Under the pieces are notes generated by a model. That model saw only the letters and a list, made by a program, of their open reading frames with translations, did no database searches and had not been told where the DNA came from. A stretch of 63,130 nucleotides of DNA, filler included, from Octopus bimaculoides (taxonomy: Eukaryota): assembly GCF_001194135.2 (NCBI RefSeq). It is 4 parts of 3 records of this genome, joined end to end, with 100 filler letters (N's around TTAATTAATTAA, not from the genome) between each part and the next. Parts side by side here need not be neighbours in the genome. Positions count along the whole stretch, not along the records: positions 58,954 to 63,130 come from NC_068982.1; 3 more parts are not named here. One strand, given 5' to 3'. This document shows, one piece after another, positions 61,600 to 63,130 of the stretch (its first letter is position 1; each line of letters starts with the position of its first letter). Both the position numbers and the translations under genes were made by a program.

Positions 61600-62567
61600 A
61601 TATATTATATACATTATATATATTATATGCATTATATATTATGTATTTATTATATAAATTTAATATACAAGAATATTATGGACAGTGTTCTCTAAATGAT
61701 CACTTCACCTGCTAGAAATACCAAATAAATCTCTCTCGATTTAAACGTTGCTAAATGAGCCATTGAGCTTGTGAAGGCGACTCTTGAAAGAGTTCACTTA
61801 AGCTCTATATAGCATTTTCATGCATTGATTGTGCAAACATCACCTCAATATATAATGTTTTCCACTTCCTTCAGTGGAACATCTGTGCCCCAGCAACTGT
61901 ATGTCGATGCTTTACATTTAGTTTCAGCTATTTTTGGTTTATGACTCTTAGTAACATTTAAACATCTTTTCTGTGGATCAAAAGGTAACGTTAATGCTGA
62001 CTTTATTGAATAGACGGTTCTACTTTAGCTGTTTTGAAAAAATTCTAGACATTTCCCATTCTTAATACGAAAACATTACCCGAACAACCACATATTTTAC
62101 AAACTGTTCAACACTAAGGTGAACTATAGATCATAGATCCCCCCAAAAAAACATACCTAAATGTCATCAAGGACCTTGTTGCAAAAATACTGCAGCCAAA
62201 TATAGTACAAAGTGAAACTATATACAATCTTAGAAAGATAAATCTTTATGCAATGAATGGCAAGTCCCAACAAAAATGTTCTATATCATGTGCTGATAGT
62301 TATGTCAGAAACATATCAACAACTTTTTTATATCGTTTAAAGTGCACTTCTTCGAGAATTAACTGCGTCAGTATCATAGCTCTTTCTCTCATCACCACCT
62401 GAAGAGCACCACGATACGATCAAAGTACATTTGGAAACAGAGTGAACGAAAAAATTCTAAGCATCTCATTGGCTGCGTTGAATAAAGTATAGGAGTTAAA
62501 GTACAGATTATTATCATGTAACATCAACGTCACCAATAAAATCTACAGCATCCACACTTTTACTTCA

Positions 62568-62968
62568 GTTTCTAATACTTTACTAGGTTTCTAATACTTT
62601 ACTAGTTTCTAATACTTTACTAGGTTCATGTTCATACCATTTATAAGTATGTTCAAATCCTAGCTTTCTACATAACTCCCGGGGGATTATTCTCCCGAGA
62701 TTGTCATTTCTTTTCTTGTATTCTTTCTGTGCCAGCATATTACATTCACTTATTATATGAGTAGCACTTTCCTCTTTTGATTTGCATAACCTACATTGGG
62801 AATCTACTTGTTTTTTTTTCTTTTCTATCTTGACTTTTATCCAATTAGCCCATAATGCTTGATCTTGTGCTGCTATTAAAAAACTTTCTGTCTCCTTTTT
62901 CAGCCTTCCTTTCTGCAACCATAACCATGTCTCACTACTACTATTTTCTGCAATTATCTTTGAGAATC
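62568..62968 (-). mobile_element. R4/Dong-like fragment (zinc-knuckle region) whose 5' junction lies in (TAA)n
   Basis: WLWLQKGRLKKETESFLIAAQDQAL...CRLCKSKEESATHIISEC..LAQKEYKKRND...WYEHEP. Confidence 0.9.

Positions 62969-63130
<162 letters not shown>

Overview
This is AT-rich, gap-riddled eukaryotic DNA from a draft assembly. The SINE, MITE and LINE repertoire and the (TA)n/(CA)n/(TATG)n/(AAT)n load fit an Octopus-type cephalopod genome; that taxon call is my recognition of the repeats, not a database result. I could not identify any intact protein-coding gene, tRNA, rRNA or CRISPR array. The window is mostly decayed mobile DNA: two tRNA-derived SINE families, RTE, CR1 and Penelope remnants, seven R4/Dong-like non-LTR pieces, three mariner copies, a pogo/Tigger remnant, a Helitron helicase with an intact 3' terminus, several MITEs and five solo-LTR-like elements with TGTA...TACA termini. 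N-gaps lie at 557-1405, 22549-22929, 23671-24094, 25875-26389, 27889-28406, 35411-35936, 41415-41642, 43597-44052, 46563-47232, 52042-52075, 57536-57950 and 59765-60604, plus three 100-bp gaps carrying an artificial TTAATTAATTAA linker. The most interesting signals are: (1) a Penelope-type minimal hammerhead ribozyme fold at 15443-15491, with a second variant at 58999-59041; (2) R4/Dong-like copies whose junctions repeatedly fall in (TAA)n, including one inserted in another's tail; (3) a cluster of solo LTRs with 4-bp TSDs, one splitting the Helitron helicase; (4) a foldback element with a TTAGGG-like core; (5) a CpG-poor to CpG-rich transition near 22 kb that suggests the edge of a methylated gene body. 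I found no convincing evidence of a wholly new biological system. Candidate host exons are low confidence. Boundaries of decayed repeats are approximate.
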